Shown piece after piece: positions 14,438 through 32,219 of a DNA stretch of 64,000 nucleotides. Under the pieces are notes generated by a model. The model searched no databases. It was not told the origin of the DNA and saw nothing but the letters and a program-made list of their open reading frames with translations. Location: NCBI RefSeq assembly GCF_009914755.1, contig NC_060926.1; one strand, given 5' to 3'. How positions within the stretch are numbered: the stretch's first letter is position 1; the number at the start of each line of letters is the position of its first letter. Source of the DNA: the human T2T-CHM13v2.0 reference genome, Homo sapiens. The position numbers and the translations under genes were made by a program.

Positions 14438-14507
14438 TGAAATAAAAATCTGAGAAGTAATTGAAATGAAAATCTGAGAATAAGGTAGTGAAATGAAAAT
14501 CTGAGAA
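14438..14507. repeat. Three copies of 19-bp TGAAATRAAAATCTGAGAA with 5- and 8-bp gaps
   Basis: Copies at 14438-14456, 14462-14480 and 14489-14507. Confidence 0.9.
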
Positions 14508-15362
14508 GAAAAAGTTTTTAAAAATCCATTTTTATTACTCATATCTCCAGTTTCACAAGTTTAACTGTTACTCTTTTAATAAAATCCATGAAGCCCATTA
14601 TAGAAATCAAAAGAGGCAATAAGTAGCTCATAAATGAAAGAGCCTAAAAAAGGAAACATAAGAAAACAGAATAGGGAGAGTTTTTTTTTTTTTTTTTTAA
14701 ACGGCCTTTGTACAGACCTCTTCTCTTATCTGGAAAGGCTAGTAGAGCATTTGGGATGTGGGTGAGGCCATGTTTTAAGTTAAAGCCTTTATTTTTAAAG
14801 GAATGATTTACTTACTATTTATTATTAATAAGGTCATTATTGAACAAAAGCCAGAGATCTTAGTGATTTTTGAAACGTGAAAACTTTTCATTACTTTCTA
14901 TTTAACATTATCATTTGTATTTCACTCTTTCCAATACAGAAAGCTAAAAGAAATACCTCCTCCCTGAAAACAACATTATCGTTAACTGGTAACTGTTCAA
15001 AAAGTCCATTTTATTTTTTTCTGAAAGTCTTTCTTTAAAGGCTAGATGATAATAAGATGTACTATGGTGATATGTTGGTTTTAGACACAAATTTCATTTA
15101 AAACTTAGATTTCATATTTGGAAGTTTTTATCAGGTTGGTTCTGTTACTTGAGGTGCTATCCACATTTTGAAGTTTTTCTTAATTTATAATGATAAGGGA
15201 AGTTTTTAAATCAAGGTAAACAATTTGCTCCTAAATAGAAACAGCTGAAGTTGATTATCAAAATCTTAGCATGGCAAGCTTCATTTATTTACGATGACAA
15301 TGTGGGTACTTAAAATCAGCCTTAAATTGTGACATAATTTTTTTAAAAAACAACATACATAT

Positions 15363-17334
15363 GACATCCTAGCCAGATCAATCAGGCAAGAGAAAAAATA
15401 AAAGGCATCCAAATTTGAAAAGAGGAAGTCAAATTATTTGCTAGCAATATGATCTTATACCTAGAAAACTTTAAAGACTCCTCCAAAGACTTCTAGATTT
15501 AATAAGTGATTTAGTAACATTTCAAGATACAAGATCAGTGTACACAAATCAGTTGCATTTTTATACACCAATAACAACCAAGCTGAGAACAAAATCAAGA
15601 AGTCAATTCCATTCAGGATAGCTCCAAAAAACAAAACAAAACAAAAAAAAACCCCACACAAGATGCCTAGGAACGTATTTAACCAAGAAGGTGGAAGATC
15701 TCTGCAAGGAAAACTATAAAACATTGATGAAAGAAATTGTAAATGACACAAACAAATGGGAACATCCCATGCTCATGGATTGGAAGAATCAATATTGTTA
15801 AAATGGCCATATTGTCTAAAGCAGGGCAATCTACAGATTCAATGCAATTCCTATCAAATACCAACTTCATTTTTCACAAAATTAGAAAAAAAACAATTCT
15901 AAGATTCGTATTAACCAAAAAAGATCCCAAATAGCCAAACTAATCCTGAGCACAAAGAACAAAGCTGGACGCATCACATTACTGGACTTCAAATTATACT
16001 ACAAGGCAAGAGTAACCGAAACAGGATGGTACTAGTATAAAAACAGACACATAGATCAATGTAACAGTATAGAGAATTTGGAAATAAAGCCAATTACCTA
16101 CAGCCAACTGGTCTTCAACAAGATTGACAAAAGCATATATTGGGAAAGGAACATGCTATTCAATAAATGGTGCTGGGAAAATGTGGATTGCCATATGCAG
16201 AATGAAACTGGACCCCTATCTCTCACCATATACAAAAATTAATGTTGATTAAATACTGAAATGTAAGACCTGAAAATATAAAAATACTAGAAGAAAACCT
16301 AACCAAAAACTTTGCCAGACATTGGCCTTGGCAAAGAATTCATGACTAAGACCTCAAAAGCAAATGCTACAAAACCAAAAATAGACAAATGGGACTTGAT
16401 TAAATTAAAAACTTTTGCACTGCAAAATAAGTAGCAGAGTGAACAGGAATCCTGAACAATGGGAGAAAAATATTTGCAAACCATGCACCAGGCAAGGGAC
16501 TAATCCAGAATCTACAAGGAACTCAAACAACTCAACAACAACAAAAACCAAGTAACCACATTAAAAAGGGGGCAAACGACATGAGCAGACATTTTTCAGA
16601 AAGAGACATATAAATGGTCAGCATCACTAATCATCAGAGAAATGCAAATTAAAACCACAATGAGATATTATCTTGTGTCAGTCGGAATGGCTATTATTTA
16701 AAAAAAAAACATGTTGGCAGGAAAAGGGAACACTTATACACTGTTGGTGGGAATGTAAATTAGTACAACCTCTATGGAAAACAGTATGGAGATTTCTCAG
16801 AAAACTAAAAATAAAACTCTCATTTGATACAGCAATCCCACCCAAAGGAAAAGAAATCATTATATCAAAAAGATACCTGCACTTGTAGGTATCTGTGGCA
16901 CTATTCACAATTGCAAAGATGTAGAATCAACCTGTTTCCATCAATGGATGATTGGATAAAGAAAATATGGTGTATATCTATACCATATATACTTAGCCAT
17001 AAAAAAGAATGAAATCATGTTTTTTGCAGAAACATGGATGGAACTGGAGGCCATTATCTTAAATGAAATAACTCTGAAAGTCAAATACCACATGTTCTCA
17101 TTTGTGAGAGCTAAAAAATGTGTACACATTGACATCGAGTGTGGAAGAACAGACACTGGAGACTTGGGAGGATGGGAGGGTTGGGAAGGGAGTGAGGGAT
17201 GAGAAATTACTTAATGGGTACAATATACACTATTTGGATGATGGTTACACTAAAAGCCCAGACTTCATTACTATGTAATATATCTGTGTATCAAAACTAC
17301 ACTTGTATCCCCAAATTTATACGAATAAAAAAAA
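15363..17334 (+). mobile_element. 5'-truncated LINE-1 (L1PB/L1MA-type): ORF2 3' part, 3' UTR, A-tail
   Basis: ORF2 remnants [38 protein letters not shown] and FAETWMELEAIILNE; frameshifted; L1 3' UTR ending aataaaaaaaa. Confidence 0.93.
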
Positions 17335-17839
17335 TGGGCCTCTGAATTTGGAACACCAGACTTTGATATCCTAAGAATATATCTCTATTTTGGTTTGTGT
17401 ATTTCAAAATTATCAAGTGTATATATTTTAAGTCGCTTACAGTTTTCAAAAGAAACATTTTTGCTTGTGGTGTTGTGGCTTCTATATATGGATTGAGTAG
17501 AACATCATATAGATGTCCTTCTCACAGTAACATAGTTGGAGGATGGCAGGCCTGTAATTAGGGAGGAGTGATGTATAAAACTGAATTCAAAGCAGTTAGC
17601 GTATTTCATCGTCCTAAAATGTATCAAACATCAGTTAATATAGGATGTTTACTTGAAGGACAAATCCCTCAGAAATGCTCACAGAGGCTGGATGAAGATC
17701 AGTCCTAAACATCATTAAATCTTGTTTTGGTATTTTAACATTCATTATTTGAATCTGATTTCTCCTCTTCAGCTTTTTCAAATGTGTTTGAATTAAGATC
17801 ACTCATTGGTTTATCAGACATAAAATGAGAAAGGGGTTC

Positions 17840-20000
<2,161 letters not shown>

Positions 20001-20171
20001 AAAATTTTGTAAAAGGGATCATCAGATATCTCTGAATCACAAATTGCTTTTATTCCTGGGAATAAGACAAAACCACCAAACCTCCAAAGACAGCATTCAA
20101 AGATGCCTTTTGCAATTTCGAAAGATCCTTATTTCTGCCATGATGCAGCTAATAGGATATGTACAAGGGCC

Positions 20172-20204
20172 TTTTTTCTCTTTCTTTCTTTCTTTTGTTT
20201 CTTT

Positions 20205-20256
<52 letters not shown>

Positions 20257-20272
20257 TTCTTTCTTTCTTTTT
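20172..20272. repeat. (TTTC)n microsatellite
   Basis: Direct read. Confidence 0.95.
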
Positions 20273-21684
20273 GTCTTGGAAGAAGAAAGGTCAGTAGTAG
20301 ATTAGACTCTAATGTTTCAAGAGATTTCTTGGCATAGAAATTATTTTCAATGCCCAGAATGATGGAGGAATAGAAGATAAATGGGAGAGAAAACGGTTTG
20401 GATATATTTAGAAATAAAGATCTCCTAAAATAGCAAACACAAAAGGAGAACTAGTGGTACATTTTGTGTAATTGTGGAAGATGTTTAAAGGCTTTGTTGT
20501 CTTTCTTCACTTATGACCAAATTATTTTCTAAATTGTTAAAACTCAAAATACTTAATTTATCCTATATGTACTTTACATGCATTAAATTATTATGTAATA
20601 ATAATTTTCTTGAAGATTCCATCAGCAACACAGTAACAGTAAATGCATGGTGCAAGACCTCATATTATAAATCATACTTAATGTACAGTATCAAAAATAA
20701 ATTCACAACCTAACAACCAATCTGAAATCTAACTTCTCGTTGGAGGAATGAGATGTATTTTAATTATAGGTAATTGATTAGGTTTAATAACAAATTTAGA
20801 AAGCTTCCAGTTTGCCAGCAGTCAAAGTTATAACTGGGGCATACCAGCAAAAGGTAGCACTGGAATTAACACAGACTCAAATGTTAGTTCACCCACATTC
20901 TGCCTACTATCCCCATTCTCCTCCTGAACTACACCCCCATGTGTCTTTTGCATACAGAGCTCTCTTTGAAGCCAGCAAGTGTTTCATGCGTGGGAAATCA
21001 GGGGAATCAAAGCTACCTTATACAAAAGCATATGGTTAGGAGGCCAGGGGATGCTGAAAAAACACTGCATACATACTTACAGTGTCCCTATGGGGAGCTC
21101 ATCTGACTATGAGACCCTCAAGTTTTGCACTTCTTATGCCTACGGTGTTTAAATTGGTGGCCTCAATTTTATAACACCAGGGTTTGTTTTCACATTTAGT
21201 TCCCTGGGATTTTTTTAAACTGACTTTGACAAAAAGGAAAAAAAGAAAAAGAGAGTGCAAAATAGGAAAAGAAGGCAGGGAGTGGGGAAAGAATAAATCA
21301 TTATGCAGCTCTCAGCCTCCACAGGGAAACAGCAGTACAAACCCACAGATCCAGAATTGTCAAGCAATGGGGCTGTTTGTTTACAAGTCACAGAATCAGT
21401 TATGTAACTAGGGAAGTTAAAGAAACCTAGTGAGTGTGTGAGAGACTGATTCTTTTGAAATAGTCAAGAGACTTCATTTCTGAAATAGATTCATACAGAT
21501 GTTCTGTATTCTTATTTTTGGTTGCTCTATAAATTTAGTTTTTGAGTTTTCCATGTAGATAATGACCCTTTATTCTTTATTATTATTATTAGATACACTA
21601 AAACACTTTCTTACCATGGGAGTTGCTAAAGTATCAGCATGTATTTTTAAGGGAAATTGGAATAGCTTTTTATCTTCTGATGTA

Positions 21685-21763
21685 TTATGTTGGTAAAAAA
21701 GTAATTGCGGTTTTTGCCATTGAAAGTAAGGGCAAAACCGCAATTACTTTTGTACCAACCTAA
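21685..21763. mobile_element. MADE1 (Hsmar1-derived mariner MITE) with TA target duplication
   Basis: 79-bp near-palindrome TTATGTTGGTAAAAAAGTAATTGCGGTTTTTGCC...GGCAAAACCGCAATTACTTTTGTACCAACCTAA, with TA at 21683-84 and 21764-65. Confidence 0.95.
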
Positions 21764-22000
21764 TAGAATTCTTGTCTGATTTAGCAGGAAAAATGTATTA
21801 CATGACCAATAGATCAGTTCCAATTTCTGTCCACCCTTCACTCCGTTACTTCTTCTTTTAAAAAAAATTGTTTTCACTTTTATTCTCAAAGGAGGTGATC
21901 TTCTTTTTCTAATTGATTTTTTTTTGTTTGCTTGTTTGTTTAAGTTCTGGGACCATAAAGTGTTTATAAGATGCAGACCTTTAAAAATATTTCCATGTAA

Positions 22001-22125
22001 GCCAGGAACAGTCGCTCACCCTTGTAATCCGAACAATTTGGGAGGCTGAGGCAGGAGGATCACTTGAGGCCAGGAATTTGAGATCAGCCTGGGCAACATA
22101 GCAAGACTTCATCTTTAAAAATATA
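22001..22125 (+). mobile_element. FLAM (Alu left monomer)
   Basis: Single Alu arm. Confidence 0.85.
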
Positions 22126-22568
22126 AAATGTATTTCCTTGTAAATACATTTTGTTGTAGATCTGAGACAGTGTAAAAATTTCAACTCTAAAGAAAAAAAT
22201 TAGAAAATCAAATGATTTAAATAAATCATCATATTGGATTATAGTAAATTTCATAAATAAGTTATTCTCAACAAACACCTTAGATAAGAAAGTTTTTATG
22301 ATCTGTTTAGTTAATATCTGCATTTATATTTAATACACTTTAAAAATGTGATTTTTTTCCTGAAAACTTAGAGCCACAATTTCAGGGCTATATTGGTAAA
22401 AATGGGAATTGACTCTGAAAGATTATAATTAATCAACTTCTGATAGCAAATTAAACTCAAACTATTGAGGTTGCAAAGTCAGTAACTTTATGAGACATTG
22501 TTTTTCTTTCTCATTCAGCTAACTCATTCTTCAGTGGGGTCAGTTTGGTGTCATATGTTACTCCATGG

Positions 22569-22626
22569 GGAAAAACCCTAAGGGGATTGATGGAGAAGGA
22601 AAAATCCTAAGGGGATTGATGGAGAA
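22569..22626. repeat. 29-bp tandem duplication
   Basis: GGAAAAAYCCTAAGGGGATTGATGGAGAA x2, one mismatch. Confidence 0.92.
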
Positions 22627-23416
22627 GAATTATGTTTTTCACCAGGCAGAAAAAAGCCCTGAATTTGGTCCCTCAGGAATCTTCTCAGGGTATTTTCTGC
22701 TAGTAGTACCAGAGCCCTATGGCCCTATGGTGCCAGAGCTCTATGCAGTTCCAGGAGGGAACTGCGCCACTGAGACTCAATACCCAGAAGGCTGCTCAGC
22801 TCTTGTTCCTGCTACAATCGACACTGAGGATAGGGATTAAAGCCTCATTAGTCTTTCGAGGTATGTGAGGAATGGCTATTTTGTTTTTGTTTAATTAGGG
22901 TCTTGGTGTAGAGCAGGACATTTAGTGGCCTATGTCCTTCTGTCCAATTTAAAGGTAGGGCTGAGCTGATTCACTCTCTAGAGATGAGTAGTGCAATGAG
23001 CTACAATTAAACAAAAATAATAAGAAGAACCTTTGCTCAGGGAGAATGTTTCAGTAACTTATATGTTCCCGCCAGCAGCATCATAAAGCCTCTGCAGTTG
23101 GGCGTCTGATATTTACTATCTTAGAACAGTGGTATGAATTAGCCAAGGTGTCTCCATTTATTTGGTTGTCAGTGAATGCTAAATAGAAATAAATGAGTCA
23201 AAATTAAAGGAAAAGATGGATATCAACTTGGCATGAACTCCTCTGAATTATTATTCAAATTCTTGGGTCCTTCTGGACTTTAAGACCATATTTTTTCTAT
23301 GATGGGCAAGAAAGATGATTTATGCAGTTTATTTAGAGGTAAATTTTATGGACAAAATTTTATACACATCTATACAATATGTGAGTTATAATCATTGTTT
23401 TAAGAAACAATGATAG

Positions 23417-23640
<224 letters not shown>

Positions 23641-23956
23641 TTCAATTTTAAATATTATCTTTATCTTTTTTGCCTGCTGCCCAAAGCCATAAGAAAATGT
23701 ATCATTATTACTTAAAATGAAATCATAGCTGTAATAATACTTTACTAATAATATTTTAATTTCAATATGGAGCTTAAACTTTCAAAGCACTCTTAGATAT
23801 GTAGGCCAATTTATTCATTATTTGAGTTCTTTAGTACACATAGTACATTCCTCTGAGATATGAAATGGCAATGATATGTACTCGTCTTATTACAAAGTGA
23901 AGATGGGATAGATTTTAGATATTTCAAAAAATGAGTGTACTTTATTTCTGTTTGTA

Positions 23957-24257
23957 CAGTAGTCCCCCCCTTATCCATGGTTTCACTTTTCATGGTTTCA
24001 ATTGCCCAACATACAATACAATAAGATATTTTGAGAGAGAGACCACATTAACCTTTATTACAGCCTATTGCTATAATTGTTCTATTTTGTTATTGTTATT
24101 GTTAACTTCTTACTATGCCTAGTTTATAAATTAAACTTTATCAAAAAGTTATGCATGTATAGCAGAAAACAGTATCTATAGGGTTCTGTACTATTTGCCG
24201 TTTAGGCGCCCAGTGGGGGTCTTGAAATATATCCCCCACGGGTAAGGGGGAACCACA
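23957..24257. mobile_element. MER44/Tigger7-like Tc1-mariner remnant
   Basis: TIR-like ends cagtagtcccccccttatccatgg ... cacgggtaagggggaacc. Confidence 0.75.
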
Positions 24258-24519
24258 TACTTCAATACAAAGTTGAAAAAGCTCTGACCATATAGTATTC
24301 ATGTTAATTTGATATTAAAACATCACTAAAACTCAGTGGACTAATTCTCAAAAAAAAGGATATGTGTAGCTTTTGTTTCTTCAATAACAATGTATAGAAG
24401 TGTCTTTTAAGAGTGATTTTAAACTACTTGTCTTTCAAGATAACTTTTAACTGATGACTTGGGGGCACTCATAAGCTCTCTGGGGATAAAACTGAGATTC
24501 CATTAGAATATCTTTGTTT

Positions 24520-26758
<2,239 letters not shown>

Positions 26759-29700
26759 TGCAGATAATAGATTTGCTTTTTTATTGTGATTTTACTTTTA
26801 TAATTTTTTTCAATAGTTGTTACTGGTAAGGTAGTCTAGGAATTATTTTGTGATCTCCTCTCCTGTCCTACCTCCTCAGTTTATAGAGGGCACTCAATAA
26901 GGACTTATTGGCTGAAACATAATACTCCTCCCAGTCATACATTCATCAGTGACTAATATAGAATGTTGTATAATGGTTAATACAATGTTTGAGCAATTTA
27001 CTCATTCTAGCATTCAGTTAATATTGTGCATTTACTCATTTGATCAGATAATTTGTGATTAGAAGAATCCAAGAAATAAACCAGAACTAGCCATGTTGAT
27101 TTCAACTCAGTTAACTTTGACAAACACCCAGTGCAATTCTTTAGAAGCTAAAAATTTGATGATTTGGTGACTATGACTTATGATTTCTAAAAAACAAAAA
27201 GAGATTGAATGTGTCGAGAGCCAGTATAACATACATTTGCCCAAATTTTATTTTCCAAAACATCACTTTTCCTAGCCAAGAATAAATGCTAGAGGCTGCC
27301 TGACTACCACTATTGGGTAGCATAAAGAAACAGAATTCACCATCATTGGGTAGTTTTTTTTTTTCCATGCTACACTGCAATACTGGTTTATTTAGCATAT
27401 GTATAAGCTCCTTTCTGTCATACTTTTGGAGTTTTGATGTATAAAATAACACCTTGAAATTGTTAGTTATAATACAGAAAAATAAAATTGAATTTGGTCA
27501 ACATCAAGATACTGCAGTGTACTTCTGAAAATAAGCCTTGCAAATGTTTTTCCACTAGAATATTTATGGATATAGTAATTTAGGTAGTCATTCACTAGAG
27601 GAGATTATGACATGCCAGTAGCTGAAAGATGAGAATAAAACCTACGGTTTCCAGTTGCAACTAGAGAAAGATGTAAAAACAAAAACAAAAAAACCCAAAA
27701 CACATGCACTTTTTTTAAGGACCTTTTTTTCCTTTTATTTTCTTTTTTAGATTGGTACTAAGTTTAAGAGGTTTACACATTTGGAAAACTGTCTGTATGA
27801 CTATTTCTGAAAGACCACATTCTTTCCTGTTTAAAGTTAAATAACTCCAGAGATTTTAATTTTAGTTTCTCAAGCAAGACAAAACCAGTTGAACTGCTTT
27901 ATATTATTTCCTGAGTCAGGAATTGAGGCCAACAGTATTGAAAAGGTAACCATGAGTTGATTTTTTGTGTTTTGTAGGTTAATACTAGCAAAGAAAAGGG
28001 CAAGTTGTTTATGTCCTTAAAAATAATTTCAGAAGAAATTAAAGAATCTTCATCTTACTATTAATCACATTCTTTCTCACCCCTTTGTCAGAGGAAGAAT
28101 TTATAAATGTCAGTAAAGTCCTTTTTATGCAGAAATTATTGAATTTAAATACATGCTAATTGCTGCTACTGATAGCTCTATCTGCAACAGGATTAAAGCT
28201 GTTAGAATATATTTTAAGAGTCTTGGCAGATGAATGTTCTTATAATCATCACATTTTAGAGACCTTTCTAAATCATGAGTTACGTGAAATAAAGAACCTA
28301 AAACAAATTAAGCAAGATCGTTTCATTTGTACATATTATGTGCCAGGTATTTTTTGAAGTAAAAAAAAAAAATTGTTTCAGCAGGCTTCCCTTTCCCTCT
28401 GGGGCCTATTAAATACTATACAAACAAGTCTGCCTCTTACTTTGGCTTATTTGGCGTTGGTACACACCTCTTAGGCAAGTGGGGCCAGCTCTCTAGAACT
28501 GGCTGTCTCGTCTTGAACAGTTTGTTATTCATATTTCAGTCCTCTTTTTTTCACACCTGTTTTTCATTTCAGGATATCAGAGTATCTGATATTGATCAAA
28601 TCAATGGAAAGTAGACTGGGATACAAGCATTTCAGACTAGCACATTAGGACTGGGTTTATCTCACTCACTGACACAAGCTGTATGATATCTGAAAAGGAA
28701 AATATTTGTTTAGAAATGTCTTTTCTCCTCTCTGTCAGGGTTACAATGGCTTGCCAGGCCAAGCATTGAGCAGAGAAGAAGGGCATCCATTTTGAGAAGC
28801 CACATACTTTAGATGACATATGCAGAAGCAACATGCATTGGCATTTCATCATTTAGAATCTTATCCAAGTGCCAACATTTATCGTAACCTGGAAGGGAAG
28901 GGTGCCAAAGTAAAAAAAATGTGTTCACTTTTGCCTCATGAAATTCATGCTTGGGCAAATCTTAGGGGTATACAGTCTTCTGTACGTTCATGTGTAACAC
29001 CCATTACTGTTAATAGGAGTTACCACATAGGTCCAAAAGAAAACATAGCCTTTAGAATTGAACTTAGACCTTGGGGATCAAAAGATCTCCCTAGCTAATA
29101 GCTGATGGGAATTGTGCAGTCTCAAATTTGCTCCCTGCTAACCTGACATCATTGAATTTGGAGAAGCAGAGCCAGGTTCATTCAGGGGTGGCAGAGAGAG
29201 AGAAAGTGGAAAAAAAACTGTTTTGAAAATAAAAGTGATTATAAATCAGGCTTTTAAATTAAGTCACAGAAATCCCTACCTAATTATATCATGAAAACAA
29301 GTTCCAGCTCATAGTTCTTAGAAAAGAGAAGGTTGTGACAGATTTATTCTTGTTTACTACTTTCAACCCCAAGCACTCTTGATTAATTTTTCTCAAAACA
29401 ATAAAATGAGACTCAGCTAATAAAATTAGACTCATCTAATAAAATAATATTTAAATTTGGAGTCAATTTACTTTTAATTTTCAGAGATTCATGGTAAGGG
29501 AAATCAGATGGTCAAAATAATCTGACCTACACAAAAACACAAATTTTGATTTATATCCCATCACTAACCTTCTCAACCCCAAATGTGAACAAGGGGCCAG
29601 CCAGTTACTGAAGCAACAGAGTGTTAAGAAACTGCTGTGGGCGGAACATTATGGGAGGTGCTGAAGGGAGACAAATGTAATAGAAAAGCATAGTTCTTGT

Positions 29701-29899
29701 ATTCAAATAAATGTATAACTAAGGCTGAATGTCAGTACAAAGCATATGGATAGGTTTACATTTACTTTTTTTCTTTGACCTTGTCTCTGTCCTTTGAAAA
29801 GGGTAGTGAACTAGGGGATAAGGGGGGAAAAAGTAAGGTCCTCAGCAGTCTATTAAATGGTGATATGCAAAAATCTCTGAACAATTAGAGCCCTTAACT

Positions 29900-30427
29900 G
29901 TCTTCAAAATAGGATAGGAATTAAGAAGACAGGTTTGAAAATAGATAAGCCTGAACCTGTTGCTTGAACCTTTCCAAGTCCCTGTTTTCACATTTGTAAA
30001 ATGGTAGCAACAATGCTACTTTTCAGGGCGGTTGAATAAATTGAGTAAGAGAAAATATATGAAGAATTTAGCACAGGGCTTGGCAAATAGCAACAGTTCA
30101 AGTAAACAGTAGTCTTCATGGCCAGGTGCAGTGGCTCACGCCTGTAATCCCAGCACTTTGGGAGGCTGAGGTGGGCAGATCGCCTGAGGTCGCGAGTTTG
30201 AAACTAGCCTGGCCAACATGGTGAAAACCCATCTCTACTTAAAAATGCAAAAATTAGCTGGGCGTGGTCGTGGGCGTCTGTAATCTCAGCTACTCAGGAG
30301 GCTGAGGCATGAGAATCTCTTGAACCCAGGAGGCGGAGGTTGCAGTGAGCTGAGATGGCACGACTGCACTCCAGCCTGGGCAACAGCACAAGACTCTGTC
30401 TCAAAAGACAAATAAACAAACAAAAAA
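29900..30427 (+). mobile_element. MIR remnant (~29900-30110) followed by AluS (30120-30427)
   Basis: MIR core ctgttttcacatttgtaaaatgg; Alu consensus. Confidence 0.85.
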
Positions 30428-31579
30428 GTCTTTATTATTATTAATGATGGATAGTGGCTAATATCCATTTAATAGCTAATATCCTATGCATGGAATGTTC
30501 CTGACTTTCTTCTCTAGTATTTATTGGTGGCTCAAGTGACCACTCAGGGAATGTCAAATACAACTGTATACCTTGGTCAATTTCTTCTTGGGTTCCATCC
30601 AAAGACTGACTCTGCAAACTGCCCCTGCTGGAGGTGACGGAGTTTGGGGTGGGGTGGGGTAAGGGGGTGAAGAATCATGCTATACTCTGTGAGGATTACA
30701 ACCAGGAGCATGTCTTAGCCAAGTCAGAGCCACTGCAGGCACCTCTTGGCTTTGCACCTATTAGGACTGAGTAGCGTTGTGTGTGCCAGGCTGGCCCCGT
30801 GGGTATCCTTAGTAGATCATGTGAGTGTTGTCACTGTGTCCATTTTAGACTATGGAAACTCCAGTATTGGGAATCCCATTTTGGAATGAAGTGTTGTTTT
30901 CATACAAAGGAAAATACAGTAGCTAGTTCAGACTATTCCATGATATAAGAAGCAACAAACCCTGCTTAAAAGGAAAAAAAGCCCCCAGAAGTGAAATCAC
31001 AAATGCTGCATTATCATGGGTTGCAATAAACATGGGTGTGTGTAGAAAGAGGCTGTGGCAACACTTTTGTCTCCTGCCATGTCAACCGAGGTGATGGAAA
31101 ACATGACAGCCTAAAATAATTAAAAGTAAGTGGTTGGAAAGAAAAGCCAGTCTTGGAATTAGGGAAAACAGGTGTATGGTGCCAGCACAGAGTTTCATTC
31201 TTTTTGTGCATGTGATTAAGATTTGGATTGGGAATATCATTGTAAAGTGAAGAGCCTGAGAAATATCTAGATATATGTGAACCAAACTGTGTGCAGCTTA
31301 GATTGATGCAGAAAGAACACTTTTTTACACTTGCAAATGTTTTGATACAAATTAAATACAGAAAATACTACGTGTTATATTGAAGGAGAAAGAAAAATAG
31401 TCTGTGGACCTCGACCCCTAAGCTCTGAAGACACATGCTAATAATAATTGGCAAAGGTATTTGTTTTACTCTATAAAGTTAAGAAGTTAAACCCACATGC
31501 AGGTGTCTAAAATTCGATGGATATGCAGGTGTCATGGATGAACGCAGGAAGCTTAAAAGCTGTCCAATCTGTCCTGCCA

Positions 31580-31598
31580 CTAGTACCACCTAGTGGTA
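31580..31598 (-). promoter_or_regulatory. CTCF-like binding motif
   Basis: Minus strand TACCACTAGGTGGTACTAG fits the CTCF core CCRSYAGRKGGYRS. Confidence 0.6.
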
Positions 31599-32219
31599 GC
31601 CAAGAAGATGTGTAAGCATCTTTTTAAAAATTGCTTTAAAAAATTTTAAAAGCAAGCATCAATAAAACTCATTGTTTAAAACAATTGAAACATGCACAAG
31701 AATTCAGAGTAAATTGTCAAGGGTCCTTCAATTCCAGTCTCTCCCAACCCCACTGTTCTTCCTTATTAATAGTGCCTTTCCTCTGCATTTCCTCAAATTT
31801 CAGCCTCTCTCTGTCCCCCTTTTTTTTCTGTCTCTCTCTCTATGCGCTTAACATTTTGAAAACATAAATGGAATCATTTAATCATATATTTTATGGGTGA
31901 TGTTTTTCACTTAACAAATATCTTTAAACTTATTCTCTAGCACAGTAGAAACTATTGCTAATGGGCGCAGACACTAGGATTTGCTCATAAGCGCAAGTAT
32001 CAGGTCTGCTTTCAGATTCTGAGCTGGAAGAGTTGTCTGGCTATTGAAAATGCCCTCCCTGGATGAGGTTCTTGACTCAGACTAGCCTTTATCAGACATG
32101 GTCAGCTTCCCACCTCCTCCTACCCTCCTGTACTCTCATCATCTGTTACTCCACCTCAGAGACCCCAGCTGCCATCATCCTTATTTAGCTTCCCCACCCC
32201 TCACCACTGCAGAAGACTC

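Noticed and set aside
14438-14507. CRISPR-like repeat/spacer pattern (also considered for 55685-55901)
   Set aside because: Spacers are 5-8 nt or absent, there are no cas genes, and the context is mammalian; these are ordinary tandem repeats.
15363-17334. Active LINE-1 (also 58250-62370)
   Set aside because: Truncated and/or frameshifted, old subfamilies.
29401-29445. 19-bp tandem duplication ATAAAATKAGACTCAKCTA
   Set aside because: Short AT-rich slippage repeat with no further signal.
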